Shown here piece after piece: positions 18,624 through 28,043 of a DNA stretch of 35,360 nt. The notes beneath the pieces were generated by a model. That model had not been told where the DNA came from, searched no databases, and saw only the letters and a program-made list of their open reading frames with translations. The stretch comes from a virus (Duplodnaviria; Caudoviricetes), in the IMG/VR virus record IMGVR_UViG_3300020044_000597, positions 1 through 35,360 of that record; one strand, written 5' to 3'. Numbering within the stretch: position 1 is the first letter of the stretch; each line of letters starts with the position of its first letter. The position numbers and the translations under genes are program-made.

Positions 18624-18989
18624 TCAGGTTACTCGCACCCATTCAGGCTTTGTTGCGCCACGGCTAAAGTGTGGGCAGTCCACCAGCTTTTTACCATTGC
18701 CGCCCCAAGAGTTCAAGGGGTGCAGTGACTCCCAGTATGCGCCCAGCGGTGCGAGGACAGCCTTGCTACCCACGAGTTTGCCGTCTTTAAAAATGTTGAA
18801 GTCAACCGCAAGGCGCTTCAAGTGCAGTGAGTCCATGGTCTGGCTGCGGCCAGTCTTCATGTAAATCTCTTGCTGCTCGGGAGTGCGATACAGTTCACCA
18901 GCGGTGAGTGTGAACCCTTGCTCAGTAGCAAACTGCACCAGTTTACACATGTCGAGGAGGAAAGCGGCTTGTGATGTGACGAGGCTCAT
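18624..18989 (-). CDS. Endolysin, peptidase M15 family, 121 aa
   Basis: YRTPEQQ, SLHLKRLAVD (SxHxxxxAxD), WGG..DCPHF zinc motifs. Confidence 0.85.
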   Translation of the reverse strand: MSLVTSQAAFLLDMCKLVQFATEQGFTLTAGELYRTPEQQEIYMKTGRSQTMDSLHLKRLAVDFNIFKDGKLVGSKAVLAPLGAYWESLHPLNSWGGNGKKLVDCPHFSRGATKPEWVRVT

Positions 18990-19498
18990 TCCTTGCTCCC
19001 TTTGCGCATTTCCATGACCTTTTCAACCGTGCGACCGCCAAAGTAGGCAGTCATCACAAGCATACCCCATTGGCCAAGCAACGCCACGTATGACTCCTGC
19101 ACTTGAATGCCTGCGGCGCTCAAAGCAGCAAACAGCAAATACGCTGTCAAGATGTAAATCAAAGTCATGGGGCGGATGTTCTTGGACAGTGTGGAGTCCG
19201 AGCTCATGTCCGATTTCCAGCGGTCAGAGACGTTGTTGTCTTCGTTGGCAGCAGCCCGCAGCATTGCGGTCAACTCGTCGATACCGAGGCGCTTCTCCTC
19301 AATGCGCAAGCGCAGGAGTTCTTCCTCGTGATCCATCTCGTATTGACGCAGTTTGGTCGCGTCAGCATCGGACAGGGGGCCGTCAAGTTTGACGCCAGTT
19401 TTGTCTTCAACCCAATCTTTACCCTTGGCCATCACCGCGTTACCGATGAGGCTGAGCCCTTGGGATAGAAGAGGTGCAAGTAGTGCTGGAATAGGCAT
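18986..19498 (-). CDS. Holin (3TM/GTA-holin-like), 170 aa
   Basis: RWKSDM..SKNIRPMTL followed by two hydrophobic helices and AYFGGRTVEK; ATGA-coupled to the endolysin. Confidence 0.75.
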   Translation of the reverse strand: MPIPALLAPLLSQGLSLIGNAVMAKGKDWVEDKTGVKLDGPLSDADATKLRQYEMDHEEELLRLRIEEKRLGIDELTAMLRAAANEDNNVSDRWKSDMSSDSTLSKNIRPMTLIYILTAYLLFAALSAAGIQVQESYVALLGQWGMLVMTAYFGGRTVEKVMEMRKGSKE

Positions 19499-19499
19499 A

Positions 19500-19922
19500 T
19501 TACGCCCCTTTCGATGCTGTAATGGTGTCCTCGCCCTTGGAGACAGTGACCTTTTCACCTTCGACGGTGACCTTCATTGGCTGCTCCTTACGGTCCAACT
19601 TGTCCAGCTTGTCGATGAGTTGCTTCATCACTTCAAACTCAGGCTTTTCCTGTTTGGGGTTAGCCCCGGCAATACCGTTGAGCATGGAGATCAATGCAAC
19701 AAGCGCGGAGCCAAGCAGCCCCATGACAGCGGCGATCTTGCTCTCATCCAAAAATAAAGAGGCACCAACACCAATGACAACGATCAGGGTGATGTAGAAC
19801 AATCCGTGCTTACCGATTGCTCGGCCTGCTACGTCTTTGGCTGGAGAGTTAGCCTCCATCTTTCCCAACTCGACCTTGGCCTGCGCCTTGATCAGTTCGA
19901 TCTGGTGAAGTTGCTCGTTCAT
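19500..19922 (-). CDS. Two-TM membrane protein, 140 aa (lysis accessory?)
   Basis: ATG 19922 with SD GGAGGT; two hydrophobic segments; directly upstream of the holin. Confidence 0.6.
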   Translation of the reverse strand: MNEQLHQIELIKAQAKVELGKMEANSPAKDVAGRAIGKHGLFYITLIVVIGVGASLFLDESKIAAVMGLLGSALVALISMLNGIAGANPKQEKPEFEVMKQLIDKLDKLDRKEQPMKVTVEGEKVTVSKGEDTITASKGA

Positions 19923-19924
19923 GT

Positions 19925-20821
19925 TCACACCTCCGTAGAAACAGTTACCCCATCCCACCATGCGGCTTGGTCGTTGTATATGAACTGCACGTAGGTTGTT
20001 TTGCCCGCCACAGTGGTCGTTGGAAGGCCAGAGCCAAAGCCGCGGTAACCACCTGCACCTGCTGCCCAAGTAATAGGCTGGGCCACACCTGCGTCGCGGA
20101 TGCGAATAGTCAACCGCTGCCCGTCAGTGGGCGTGCCAGTGGGGTCTTGGAACGTGGCGGGTTCCGCCAACGCCGTGATGTTGTATTGGTCAACCGTATC
20201 GCTGGTCGGCGTGATATTGGCGCTCGACGTGATGCTGTTGATACGCAGATTGATCCGTTTGTTGGTCATGGTCTGAATATCGGTCGTACCAACTACTTCA
20301 CCCGCTGGAGCGGTAACGGTAGTCATAGCCGAAGTACCATTTGCCTTCACAAGCCCGCTGAGCGTAACCGCGCCGGTACCGCCACTGGACACAGGCAATG
20401 CAGTCCCAAGCGTAAGGGCCGGTGAATAAGTTGCACCGCCAACAAAATCAACGCCGTTCCAAACCACCAAGCATGCGCGATTGGCAGGGATGGTTACACC
20501 CGTAGTGCCGGAAGCCTTGAACACAATTGACTGTGTGCCTCCGGTCTTGTTGACAACAACGTAGGTTTTGCTTTGTGAGGGTGCCGTAATTGTGCGGGTG
20601 GCTGTGCCCGTGGCAGTCCACAAAATAATTGCCTGCCGCGCTTCGTTCTGCACCAAGGGGCTGTCTGATAGCGTGATGTCTGCGTCTACCGTTATCTCGG
20701 TGGTGCCTGCAATCGCATTGTCCAGAAGTTCGGTGAGCTGCGTGTTGACAGTTGTACCCCACGTACCGTCCAAAGACCCAGAAACGGGAAGGACGAAACC
20801 TAATAGCGTTGTGTTCGACAT
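19925..20821 (-). CDS. Tail fibre/spike-type protein, 298 aa
   Basis: T/G-rich; GTWGTTVN N-terminus and LPVSSGGTGA fibre repeat; SD GGAG. Confidence 0.65.
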   Translation of the reverse strand: MSNTTLLGFVLPVSGSLDGTWGTTVNTQLTELLDNAIAGTTEITVDADITLSDSPLVQNEARQAIILWTATGTATRTITAPSQSKTYVVVNKTGGTQSIVFKASGTTGVTIPANRACLVVWNGVDFVGGATYSPALTLGTALPVSSGGTGAVTLSGLVKANGTSAMTTVTAPAGEVVGTTDIQTMTNKRINLRINSITSSANITPTSDTVDQYNITALAEPATFQDPTGTPTDGQRLTIRIRDAGVAQPITWAAGAGGYRGFGSGLPTTTVAGKTTYVQFIYNDQAAWWDGVTVSTEV

Positions 20822-20841
20822 GGGTTACTCCGGTTTAGATG

Positions 20842-21051
20842 TCATTTTACGGCTTCTTCAATGGGTTTTAAATCTTCTGTAGTCCAGAAGTCCTTGGCAA
20901 GCATGATTTTCAAGTGCGCTTTGTTTCGACTTACCGTGTCAGCCCAATCTGCCTCTGACATGCCTGCACGTTTGCCTGCATTAATCAGGTTCACTGAATC
21001 CATAGCTGCTGAGTAGTGCTTGGCGATTTGTTCTGGGGTGTTTTCAATCAT
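20842..21051 (-). CDS. Small protein after the tail fibre (possible fibre assembly factor), 69 aa
   Basis: SD AAGGA; position directly downstream of the S74-containing fibre. Confidence 0.6.
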   Translation of the reverse strand: MIENTPEQIAKHYSAAMDSVNLINAGKRAGMSEADWADTVSRNKAHLKIMLAKDFWTTEDLKPIEEAVK

Positions 21052-21059
21052 AATTTTCC

Positions 21060-23345
21060 TTATGGGTGAGTTGAGACATAAGCATCGAACTTTGCGTTCA
21101 ATTCTTTGATGGCGTTGACCAGCACTGCAATCAGGGATTGGTCATTGAAGCGGAGTTTGTCGAGATTTTCGGCATCCACAATGACCGGGGTATCACCCTC
21201 CAGCTCAAGGACTTGCTGCGCTTTGAAACCATAACGAACTGGTCCATGACCTTCTGTGTCGCTTCGGTTCATCTTGTAGCGATAAGCCGTGGGTTGCAGC
21301 TTGCTGACAAAATCCAACCCATGCGGCACGGGGGCAAAGTCTGTCTTGTCCCGAGCATCAGATACTACCGTCCATGCAACTTGGATGTACGCGTTAGTCA
21401 CAGCCGTGGAGCCCATGACAATGCGGTTGTTCTCAGTGTTCACGGTAAACACAGGAGCGAGTGTATTGGCTGCGGTGTACCCACCAAGCTGAATATTGCC
21501 TGACCCCGTTCCCGCGCTGGACATTGCACCACCGCCTAGCGCGAGATTATTCGCCCCGGTAGTAAGGTTGTACAACGCATTGCTCCCAATCCCCGTGTTA
21601 CGGTTGCCGGTGGTCACAGACGTCATCGCATATTCACCGGCGGCCATATTAGAACCCGCCGTAGTAATGCTACGCATGGCCTCATTCCCAACCATAACGT
21701 TGTTGGTGCCTGTGCTGCACGAGTTACCGGCAAAATACCCAACCGCAGTATTCGAGGATTTATCCCCCACTCCGGCTAAGGCGTTGCGGCCAATTGCAAC
21801 GTTGGCGGTCGCAGTGCCTGAGTTGCTCAAAGCCCACTGGCCAACAACAACGTTATCCGTGCCGAGCGTCAGTGCACTGCAGGCTTCGTACCCGATAGCA
21901 ACGTTCCTTTCAGCAAACGACGTGCTGATGCGCAACGCGGACGTGCCAATAGCAATGTTTTGGCTGGCCGTCTGCGCCACAGTCAGCGCGTGTCGCCCGA
22001 TAGCAACGTTGTCGCTGCCCGTGGTATTGGCAACCAGTGCGTTGAGGCCGACGGCGCAATTTCGGGAGCCTGTAGTGGAATTCCGCAATGCATCCACCCC
22101 CACCGCGGTGTTGTCCGTGCCAGTAGTAGATGTGAATAGCGCTTGCGCCCCAACAGCAGTGTTACTTCCAACGGTGTTGGAGTACAGCGCTTGGTGCCCT
22201 ACGCTGGTGTTCCTTGTTGCGGTAACGACGCTGTACCCCGCTTGGTATCCAACCGCTGTGTTGTTGCCCCCCGTAGTCGCAGACCGCAGCGCGTCAACCC
22301 CAAAAGCCGAATTAAAGTTGGCGGTAGTGTTTGAGGTCAACGCGCTCACTCCAACAGCGGTGTTCGACAGCCCGGAAGTATTGGCTTTTAGCGCAATGGA
22401 CCCTACGCCTGTGTTGTTGCTCCCGTCGTGCGTTCTGAGCGCCTCTTTACCGACTGCAGTGTTGTTGATACCAGTGGTGACCCCACCGAGGGACAGATAT
22501 CCGACAGCCGTGTTGGAGTATCCTGAGGTATTTGAGGTCAGCGCCGAATGCCCCACAGCTACGTTGGAGTCGCCAGAGGTGAGTGCCCCCATGGCCCCAA
22601 CACCAACCGCGACGTTAGATGGGCCTGACGCAGTCGCAGCCATTGCGCCACTACCGATAGCTGTATTGCTGTTTAACGCACCGCCGCCGCGACCGATCGT
22701 GACGCCGTTGACCGCGATGCTGGCACCGTCAAACGTAAACGCAGAACTGCCGGCAAAGGCGCCACCATTGTTGTACTGGACTTGAGTAGTAGCGCCGCCC
22801 GGTGAACCCCCGCTGGCGGAAATGGTAATAGCCCCAGCGCCGTTTGTGATGGAGATGTTTGTACCAGCAGTTAAAGTGGCTTTTGCCAACGTATTGCCCG
22901 TGGTGTTACCAATCAGGATTTGCCCGTCGGTGTAGCTGGTTTGGCCCGTGCCACCATACGCCACGCCAACTGTGGAGCCCTGCCATGTGCCCGAAGCCAC
23001 AGTGCCAAGAGCGGACACATTGCCGCTGGCGTCAAGGTTGACCGACTTGGCTGCGGGGTAAGTTACAAATACGTCTTTTACGCCAGCGCTGAAGTTGACC
23101 AAACTACCGGAGTTGCTGGACGATAGCACTGTGGTACGGGATAGCGTAGTTCCTGACGCGGTATATGTACCGATCCCCACTTCCCACTCACCGGGAGTTT
23201 GCGCAACGATGGCGTAGTACGTCGTGTTGCCATTACCGACAGCGCTAAAGCTCTGAAACCCCGCGACTGCGCCAGCAAGGGTGATTGTGCCTGTACCCGT
23301 ACTGGTGGATGTTTCTTTTACGCGGTCTTCGACTATAAGTGCCAT
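21060..23345 (-). CDS. Tail fibre, 761 aa, with 14-aa NTAVG beta-roll repeats and C-terminal intramolecular chaperone (peptidase S74)
   Basis: DRVKETST N-terminus; VAYGGTG repeat; many NxAVGxxAL units; SDARDK autocleavage motif, YGFKAQ, LVNAIKEL. Confidence 0.9.
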   Translation of the reverse strand: MALIVEDRVKETSTSTGTGTITLAGAVAGFQSFSAVGNGNTTYYAIVAQTPGEWEVGIGTYTASGTTLSRTTVLSSSNSGSLVNFSAGVKDVFVTYPAAKSVNLDASGNVSALGTVASGTWQGSTVGVAYGGTGQTSYTDGQILIGNTTGNTLAKATLTAGTNISITNGAGAITISASGGSPGGATTQVQYNNGGAFAGSSAFTFDGASIAVNGVTIGRGGGALNSNTAIGSGAMAATASGPSNVAVGVGAMGALTSGDSNVAVGHSALTSNTSGYSNTAVGYLSLGGVTTGINNTAVGKEALRTHDGSNNTGVGSIALKANTSGLSNTAVGVSALTSNTTANFNSAFGVDALRSATTGGNNTAVGYQAGYSVVTATRNTSVGHQALYSNTVGSNTAVGAQALFTSTTGTDNTAVGVDALRNSTTGSRNCAVGLNALVANTTGSDNVAIGRHALTVAQTASQNIAIGTSALRISTSFAERNVAIGYEACSALTLGTDNVVVGQWALSNSGTATANVAIGRNALAGVGDKSSNTAVGYFAGNSCSTGTNNVMVGNEAMRSITTAGSNMAAGEYAMTSVTTGNRNTGIGSNALYNLTTGANNLALGGGAMSSAGTGSGNIQLGGYTAANTLAPVFTVNTENNRIVMGSTAVTNAYIQVAWTVVSDARDKTDFAPVPHGLDFVSKLQPTAYRYKMNRSDTEGHGPVRYGFKAQQVLELEGDTPVIVDAENLDKLRFNDQSLIAVLVNAIKELNAKFDAYVSTHP

Positions 23346-23354
23346 GTCAACCTC

Positions 23355-24377
23355 TTAAATCGGTGTGGTGGGGATAATAACCCAGTTAGGGTCTTGCGCA
23401 TCAGGTATTGGTTCCCAAAGTCTTCGCACCTCGGGTCGGTCAAAAATTGTAGCGCCTTCATTCCGACGCACAGCGTATCGAATCCCCCCTACGATTACCG
23501 TGTCGGCCTGCCCAATTTCTCCAACAGCGGCAAAAACTGCGGTTTGTGTAGCCTGCGTGTCCAGTGCTCGTGCAATCTCCGCCGCAAGGACGCGAAGAAC
23601 GGACACAGCGCTTACTGCGTCGGATGGAGTGGCCGCGTCAGCGCGGGATACCCGGAAATTCTGCGCGACGGACTGCGTGTCTTGAGCGGTCGCTGTATCC
23701 GCAACCGAAGTAGGGAGAATGGGCCGCGCTGCCTGTGCATTGGCAGCGGTGGCGCTCTCGGAACGCGCTACCACCACCCCGGAGTTTGCCCGAGGCGTAT
23801 CGACCGCCGCGCTTGCTTCAGCTCTAGCGACCTGCAGTGCTGTATTTGTAGCTTGGGCGTCCGCAGCGGTGGCAAGTTCTTGCGCCTGCGACAGGATTGC
23901 AGTCTGGGTTGAGATGGAATCTTGCGCAGTCCCTATTTCTGCGGCCAGCGATGTACGCGCAGCCGCCACCAAAACCGATTCACTTGCGTTAGCTTGTTCT
24001 GCCGTAAACGACGCAATCACAGGCAGTGCAGTTACACTATCCGTAGCAACCGCCGCATCCAAAAACGCCGCTGGCAATAGCAAGTACCCGACAGAAGAAT
24101 CCGCAGCGTATGCTGTGTCTTGCAATAGGGGGAAAATTTGAATCGCAGCGTTGTTGCTGTCCGCCGCCGTGCTCTGCTCGGTAACAAATACGTTACCCGC
24201 AACCAAAGTCAATACGACCGCATTTGTCGTGGACGACTCATTGGTCAGGGAAGCAAGCCCAAAGATCGCCGCTTGCGCATCTTGCGCAACGGTCGTTTCG
24301 GAGACAGCAGCGAAATACACGTTCCCCGCCCCGAGGGACGCGAACGGTACTTGTGCAAACGCTACATCTCCGAACAT
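23355..24377 (-). CDS. Ala-rich fibrous virion protein, 340 aa, strict 20-aa periodicity
   Basis: MFGDVAFAQVPFASL N-terminus; an acidic residue recurs every 20 aa. Confidence 0.7.
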   Translation of the reverse strand: MFGDVAFAQVPFASLGAGNVYFAAVSETTVAQDAQAAIFGLASLTNESSTTNAVVLTLVAGNVFVTEQSTAADSNNAAIQIFPLLQDTAYAADSSVGYLLLPAAFLDAAVATDSVTALPVIASFTAEQANASESVLVAAARTSLAAEIGTAQDSISTQTAILSQAQELATAADAQATNTALQVARAEASAAVDTPRANSGVVVARSESATAANAQAARPILPTSVADTATAQDTQSVAQNFRVSRADAATPSDAVSAVSVLRVLAAEIARALDTQATQTAVFAAVGEIGQADTVIVGGIRYAVRRNEGATIFDRPEVRRLWEPIPDAQDPNWVIIPTTPI

Positions 24378-24387
24378 GGCCTGCTAC

Positions 24388-24567
24388 TTACGCAGCTTGC
24401 AGTTCGTCTTCAGCAAACCAACGCTGGTCGGTCTGACCTTCCGCGTTTGTCCATTCAACGAGATACGACACGTTGCCTGCGCCATCAACTTTAAAGCCAA
24501 CGACGGGCCCGCTAGGGGTCGTGACTTTAAGGGAGACGGTCTGTCCTTTTTGGAAAGCCAATGCCAT
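24388..24567 (-). CDS. Small 59-aa beta-rich (SH3-like?) protein, absent from the ORF track
   Basis: SD AAGGAG; MALAFQKGQTVSLKVTTPSGPVVGFKVDGAGNVSYLVEWTNAEGQTDQRWFAEDELQAA; fills the gap between neighbours. Confidence 0.75.
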   Translation of the reverse strand: MALAFQKGQTVSLKVTTPSGPVVGFKVDGAGNVSYLVEWTNAEGQTDQRWFAEDELQAA

Positions 24568-24577
24568 GGTTCTCTCC

Positions 24578-25159
24578 TTAGGCAGCGTCGAGGCTGAAGG
24601 TGTAGGTCAGGGTCAGCGTATCACCGGACACCACTGCGCGATCGCCGGGGGATGCAAAATCGCCAGCGGAGAACAGGATACCAGTGGTGCCGCTCTTTGT
24701 GTTGCTTGTAGTCAGAAACGCGCCGCCGATGGTGGTCGTGCCGTTGATCGATAACACAGCGGGAGATGCAGAGTTCGAGGCCACCGAAGGATCGGCGGTC
24801 GTGGGCGTACCAAAGGTGCACGCGGGGCGAGTAGACTCGCTGTACGCGGTAACTTCAGTCCAGCCTGCGTGCGAGGACATGGTGTCGCCAGCGGCGGGGT
24901 TGTTGGATGCGGCAGCGCCATATACGCCCAAATACCAAGCAGCGGTGTAGCCCGAGCCGGTAAAATATTTGGCGTTCATGTCCTGCAAGCCGACGTTAAC
25001 CACCAAGTTAGGGGTGGCGGTTTCCCACTTCAAGTTACCGCTTGCGTCGTGGCACTGGATAGTGAACACGCCACCGCCCTGCACTTTGTCCGTTGCGCCC
25101 ATACCAGATGAAACGGCGCAATGCACGGTTTCTGCGGCTTTCGAGATGTCGTTAAGCAT
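24578..25159 (-). CDS. Virion structural (tail) protein, 193 aa
   Basis: SD AAGGAG; PNLVVNVG..WYLG..VVSGDTLTLTY beta-rich pattern. Confidence 0.65.
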   Translation of the reverse strand: MLNDISKAAETVHCAVSSGMGATDKVQGGGVFTIQCHDASGNLKWETATPNLVVNVGLQDMNAKYFTGSGYTAAWYLGVYGAAASNNPAAGDTMSSHAGWTEVTAYSESTRPACTFGTPTTADPSVASNSASPAVLSINGTTTIGGAFLTTSNTKSGTTGILFSAGDFASPGDRAVVSGDTLTLTYTFSLDAA

Positions 25160-25169
25160 TTGAAGCTCC

Positions 25170-25586
25170 TTAAGAAAAACGAATCAGCGCAGTGCTTGCG
25201 GTATTGCTCGGCATCTGCACAACAAAGGTATTTGATGCGGTTTTATCCGCCCCAAAGTCCAACACGGCGACGGCCTTATTGCCCTTGCTCGCATTGTATA
25301 TGAGCGCACCACGCGCCGTAAAGCTTGCTGGGTTCCACGTAGCGTCGGCAAAATCGACATACGCAGTGCCCCCCTGTCGGGCCACCGTAACCCCGGTAAG
25401 CACAACGCCCCCCGCGGTATACCCCGTACCAACAACCTCGCTATCCGTGTTGTACACAGTAGTGTCCGGGCCGATGTTTGCAGTGGACGTATACAGCGCA
25501 ATCTTGAACGTATCCACCAAAAAATTGTGGACCGCCTCCAAGACCTCTTGCTTGAATGAGTTGGTTTGGGTCTGTTGGATCGTCAT
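25170..25586 (-). CDS. Virion structural (tail) protein, 138 aa
   Basis: SFKQE..FKIALY..GTGYTAGG..ARGALIYN; immediately follows the adaptor gene. Confidence 0.65.
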   Translation of the reverse strand: MTIQQTQTNSFKQEVLEAVHNFLVDTFKIALYTSTANIGPDTTVYNTDSEVVGTGYTAGGVVLTGVTVARQGGTAYVDFADATWNPASFTARGALIYNASKGNKAVAVLDFGADKTASNTFVVQMPSNTASTALIRFS

Positions 25587-26237
25587 TTATCGCACCGGTA
25601 GTCTGAGTTGTCCGTCGCGGTAGGCGTCCTGACGTTGTTTACCGTCACCCAAGTTCTTCAAGAGAAGCAGTGCATCTCCATACATGGACTGATACAACTG
25701 AACCAAGTCTTGTTCCCCCTTCATGAAGCGAATCGCTTCAACCAAGGAACCGTTCAGCAGTGCGGAGTCAAAGTTGTCACCCAGCCACGTCTCGCCCGTA
25801 ACCACAATGGATTCTGGGTAATAGTAGTAGTGCAACTCTGCAACGTATGAGATGTTCGGGGTGGGACCAACAATGAACGTCAACTCGTTCTCATAGTCGG
25901 AACGCGGGCCAAAAATGGCGTAGTGCTTTGGACGCCCCACATCAGAAGCAGTGGGGTACGCTTCTCGAATGAAGTTGACATCTTTGTTTAAGAGGTAGTG
26001 GTAATCACCGTTCGGCTCCACTACTGCCAATGAATACACTGACAGGAAGTCCGTGGGGGCACTCAGATACTTGTTATTGAGCGTCAGGCTACCCGTCACG
26101 TTCTTGCGCAAGTTAGCAAGCTGAACTGTGTTGTAAATCTTTTGCTCAGCTTGCCTTGTAAACATGGCAAGCTGGTCCGGTGTGAAAGTGTTTTCACACA
26201 CGTCTTGGATGTTAATGCACAACTCAGCGTAGTTCAT
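25587..26237 (-). CDS. Head-tail adaptor-like protein, 216 aa
   Basis: MNYAEL..AEQKI..G-x-P-x-x-Y..GPTP..LLNGSLVEA pattern; SD GAGGT. Confidence 0.6.
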   Translation of the reverse strand: MNYAELCINIQDVCENTFTPDQLAMFTRQAEQKIYNTVQLANLRKNVTGSLTLNNKYLSAPTDFLSVYSLAVVEPNGDYHYLLNKDVNFIREAYPTASDVGRPKHYAIFGPRSDYENELTFIVGPTPNISYVAELHYYYYPESIVVTGETWLGDNFDSALLNGSLVEAIRFMKGEQDLVQLYQSMYGDALLLLKNLGDGKQRQDAYRDGQLRLPVR

Positions 26238-26247
26238 GCGTTACCTC

Positions 26248-26511
26248 TTAGGCCATGGGGCCACGGGCCATCTTGCCTTTGGTCTGAGCTTTACCACCAC
26301 GCACAACGATACCGCTGGTCTTCGGGCCAGCATCGTCGCGTTTGTAAATGTTTCCCGCAGACATATTCACGGTGTCAGCCTTGCTGTGGTCTGGGCCACT
26401 GCCGGGGTTGCTTGACATCTTGACAGCTTTGCCAGACATGGTGTGTGGCTTAGCGTAGACGCTGGCAGCGCCAACTTCTTTACCCATCATCTTATGACTA
26501 AATTTTGCCAT
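26248..26511 (-). CDS. Small basic protein, 87 aa
   Basis: K/G/M-rich; ends RGGKAQTKGKMARGPMA; tight spacing with neighbours. Confidence 0.7.
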   Translation of the reverse strand: MAKFSHKMMGKEVGAASVYAKPHTMSGKAVKMSSNPGSGPDHSKADTVNMSAGNIYKRDDAGPKTSGIVVRGGKAQTKGKMARGPMA

Positions 26512-26513
26512 GA

Positions 26514-26702
26514 TTAGCCTCGCTTCTGGTTGTTTACGCGGGCCATGTTACGCCCAACTGCACGCATGGCTTCGCCAGTAACGCCTTTGGCTTTACCTTT
26601 GCCACCAGTTTGAATGCCCACCGCAGGGCCACTGTTACCGAGGTTTTTACCTTCGGTCTTGCCTTTTTTAGCGATGCCATCCGCAGATTTTGTAAATGCC
26701 AT
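26514..26702 (-). CDS. Small basic protein, 62 aa
   Basis: SD AAGGAG; ADGIAKKGKTEG motif. Confidence 0.7.
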   Translation of the reverse strand: MAFTKSADGIAKKGKTEGKNLGNSGPAVGIQTGGKGKAKGVTGEAMRAVGRNMARVNNQKRG

Positions 26703-26712
26703 TTTGAACTCC

Positions 26713-27102
26713 TTATGTGATCACAACCGTTACTGTACCAACTTGTCCGATCGCCACCAAGTTATTTGGTGTGAGTTCGGAATCAAAACCTTGGGCCATC
26801 CCCACTGGGTTCCACCCCCACTGGATATTTCGACTGCCTTCGCCGATCGACCCATTAGCCAACGTACCGGACTGATAGTACGTATTATCATTGCGCGGGT
26901 TCCGCAACGCTTGCGGGTCATCCACTGGATACATACCCGATTGCAACTGGGGTTGGTCGGGTTCCCAACACTGCTTGCAAACCAGCATATTGACCTGCTT
27001 GGTTTTAACGATCAGCGTGCGCAACTCGCGCAAACGGAATCGAAACCCGCAGCGGTCACAGATTGCAATCGCAATCTTGCCAGAGGCAAAACGGTTACCC
27101 AT
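26713..27102 (-). CDS. Zinc-ribbon protein, 129 aa
   Basis: CDRC..CKQC; TGATG coupling to the upstream gene. Confidence 0.7.
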   Translation of the reverse strand: MGNRFASGKIAIAICDRCGFRFRLRELRTLIVKTKQVNMLVCKQCWEPDQPQLQSGMYPVDDPQALRNPRNDNTYYQSGTLANGSIGEGSRNIQWGWNPVGMAQGFDSELTPNNLVAIGQVGTVTVVIT

Positions 27103-27812
27103 CAGCCACCCCCAATGTAGGAGCGACGCGGTACAAACCGGATCGCTGCCTTTTCTCTATCTTCCCCTGCGGCCAAGTCAAATTGCTCGTCGTACGCAGC
27201 TTTCAACATTGGGATGCGGTTTTCCAACTCAGGCACCTTCATGGAGATGTGGTACGCCAACCCGGCGGTCAACGCGGGCAAAAACCGGAAGTTAACGTCG
27301 GCGGTTTGAACACCCGCTCCAGCATCTTCAATACGGCGCATGCGCCAATACTTGAAGACATAGTATGGGTTGCTCTCAGTACCTTGATCAGGGACTGGCC
27401 ACACAACAATCTTCGGGCTATCACGCAAGCGGCGAACCCACACTTGAATTGGGCGGGCTTGCTGTAACTTGTTTGGGATGGTAGCGTATGTAGATACGCT
27501 AATCCGGGTGATAGACAGGTCAGCCTGAGTCGATACATTACCCGCACCGGTGCGGACTACATGGTCCATCAGGTCAATGGTGTCAGCGGGTAGGTCGTAC
27601 TCAGCTTGACCTTTGACAAGGTTCACAATCCCCTCGTCAATCGTCCACATGTTGATGCCGCGGTTCTGCCACTCAATGGTCATCAAGTTCATCGAACGAC
27701 GAGCGGTACGCAGGTCGTAGCCCGAACGCATCTCACGGCCCGCACGCTCCCACGCTTCCTCTGCGATCTCAGTGAATTCAAGGTTAAAGATGGAAGTGCC
27801 TGAAGTTGTCAT
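27102..27812 (-). CDS. Head-tail adaptor (P22 gp4 / tubular A-like), 236 aa
   Basis: IAEEAWER..ARRSMNLM..W-x-N-x-G..WPVP..ALTAGLAY pattern; ATGA overlap. Confidence 0.6.
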   Translation of the reverse strand: MTTSGTSIFNLEFTEIAEEAWERAGREMRSGYDLRTARRSMNLMTIEWQNRGINMWTIDEGIVNLVKGQAEYDLPADTIDLMDHVVRTGAGNVSTQADLSITRISVSTYATIPNKLQQARPIQVWVRRLRDSPKIVVWPVPDQGTESNPYYVFKYWRMRRIEDAGAGVQTADVNFRFLPALTAGLAYHISMKVPELENRIPMLKAAYDEQFDLAAGEDREKAAIRFVPRRSYIGGG

Positions 27813-28042
27813 CTGAAGCTCGCTGTCTTTTTGGCGATGGTTTTAGGCTGGGCCACAAACTGTTTACCCGCCGCCTTACCAGCACGCTTGGCTTTTGTGG
27901 TGGCTGCATACTCTGCGGGGCTAAGCGATTTTATCGCCTTCTCCGGCAGATACCGCTCACCTGTTTTTGAAGACGGCTTCCCGCTCTTGGTGCGCCACTT
28001 CTGGTCGCCCCAGTCTTTGAGGGATTGCTGGGGAGCCTTCAT
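27809..28042 (-). CDS. Small basic protein, 77 aa (resembles DUF5872-type phage proteins)
   Basis: QQSLKDW..QKWRTKSG..GERYLP..KQFV; family recalled from memory, not searched. Confidence 0.65.
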   Translation of the reverse strand: MKAPQQSLKDWGDQKWRTKSGKPSSKTGERYLPEKAIKSLSPAEYAATTKAKRAGKAAGKQFVAQPKTIAKKTASFR

Positions 28043-28043
28043 T

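Noticed and set aside
21496-22785. 429-aa plus-strand ORF with PTAV repeats
   Set aside because: Mirror of the NTAVG repeats of the tail fibre.
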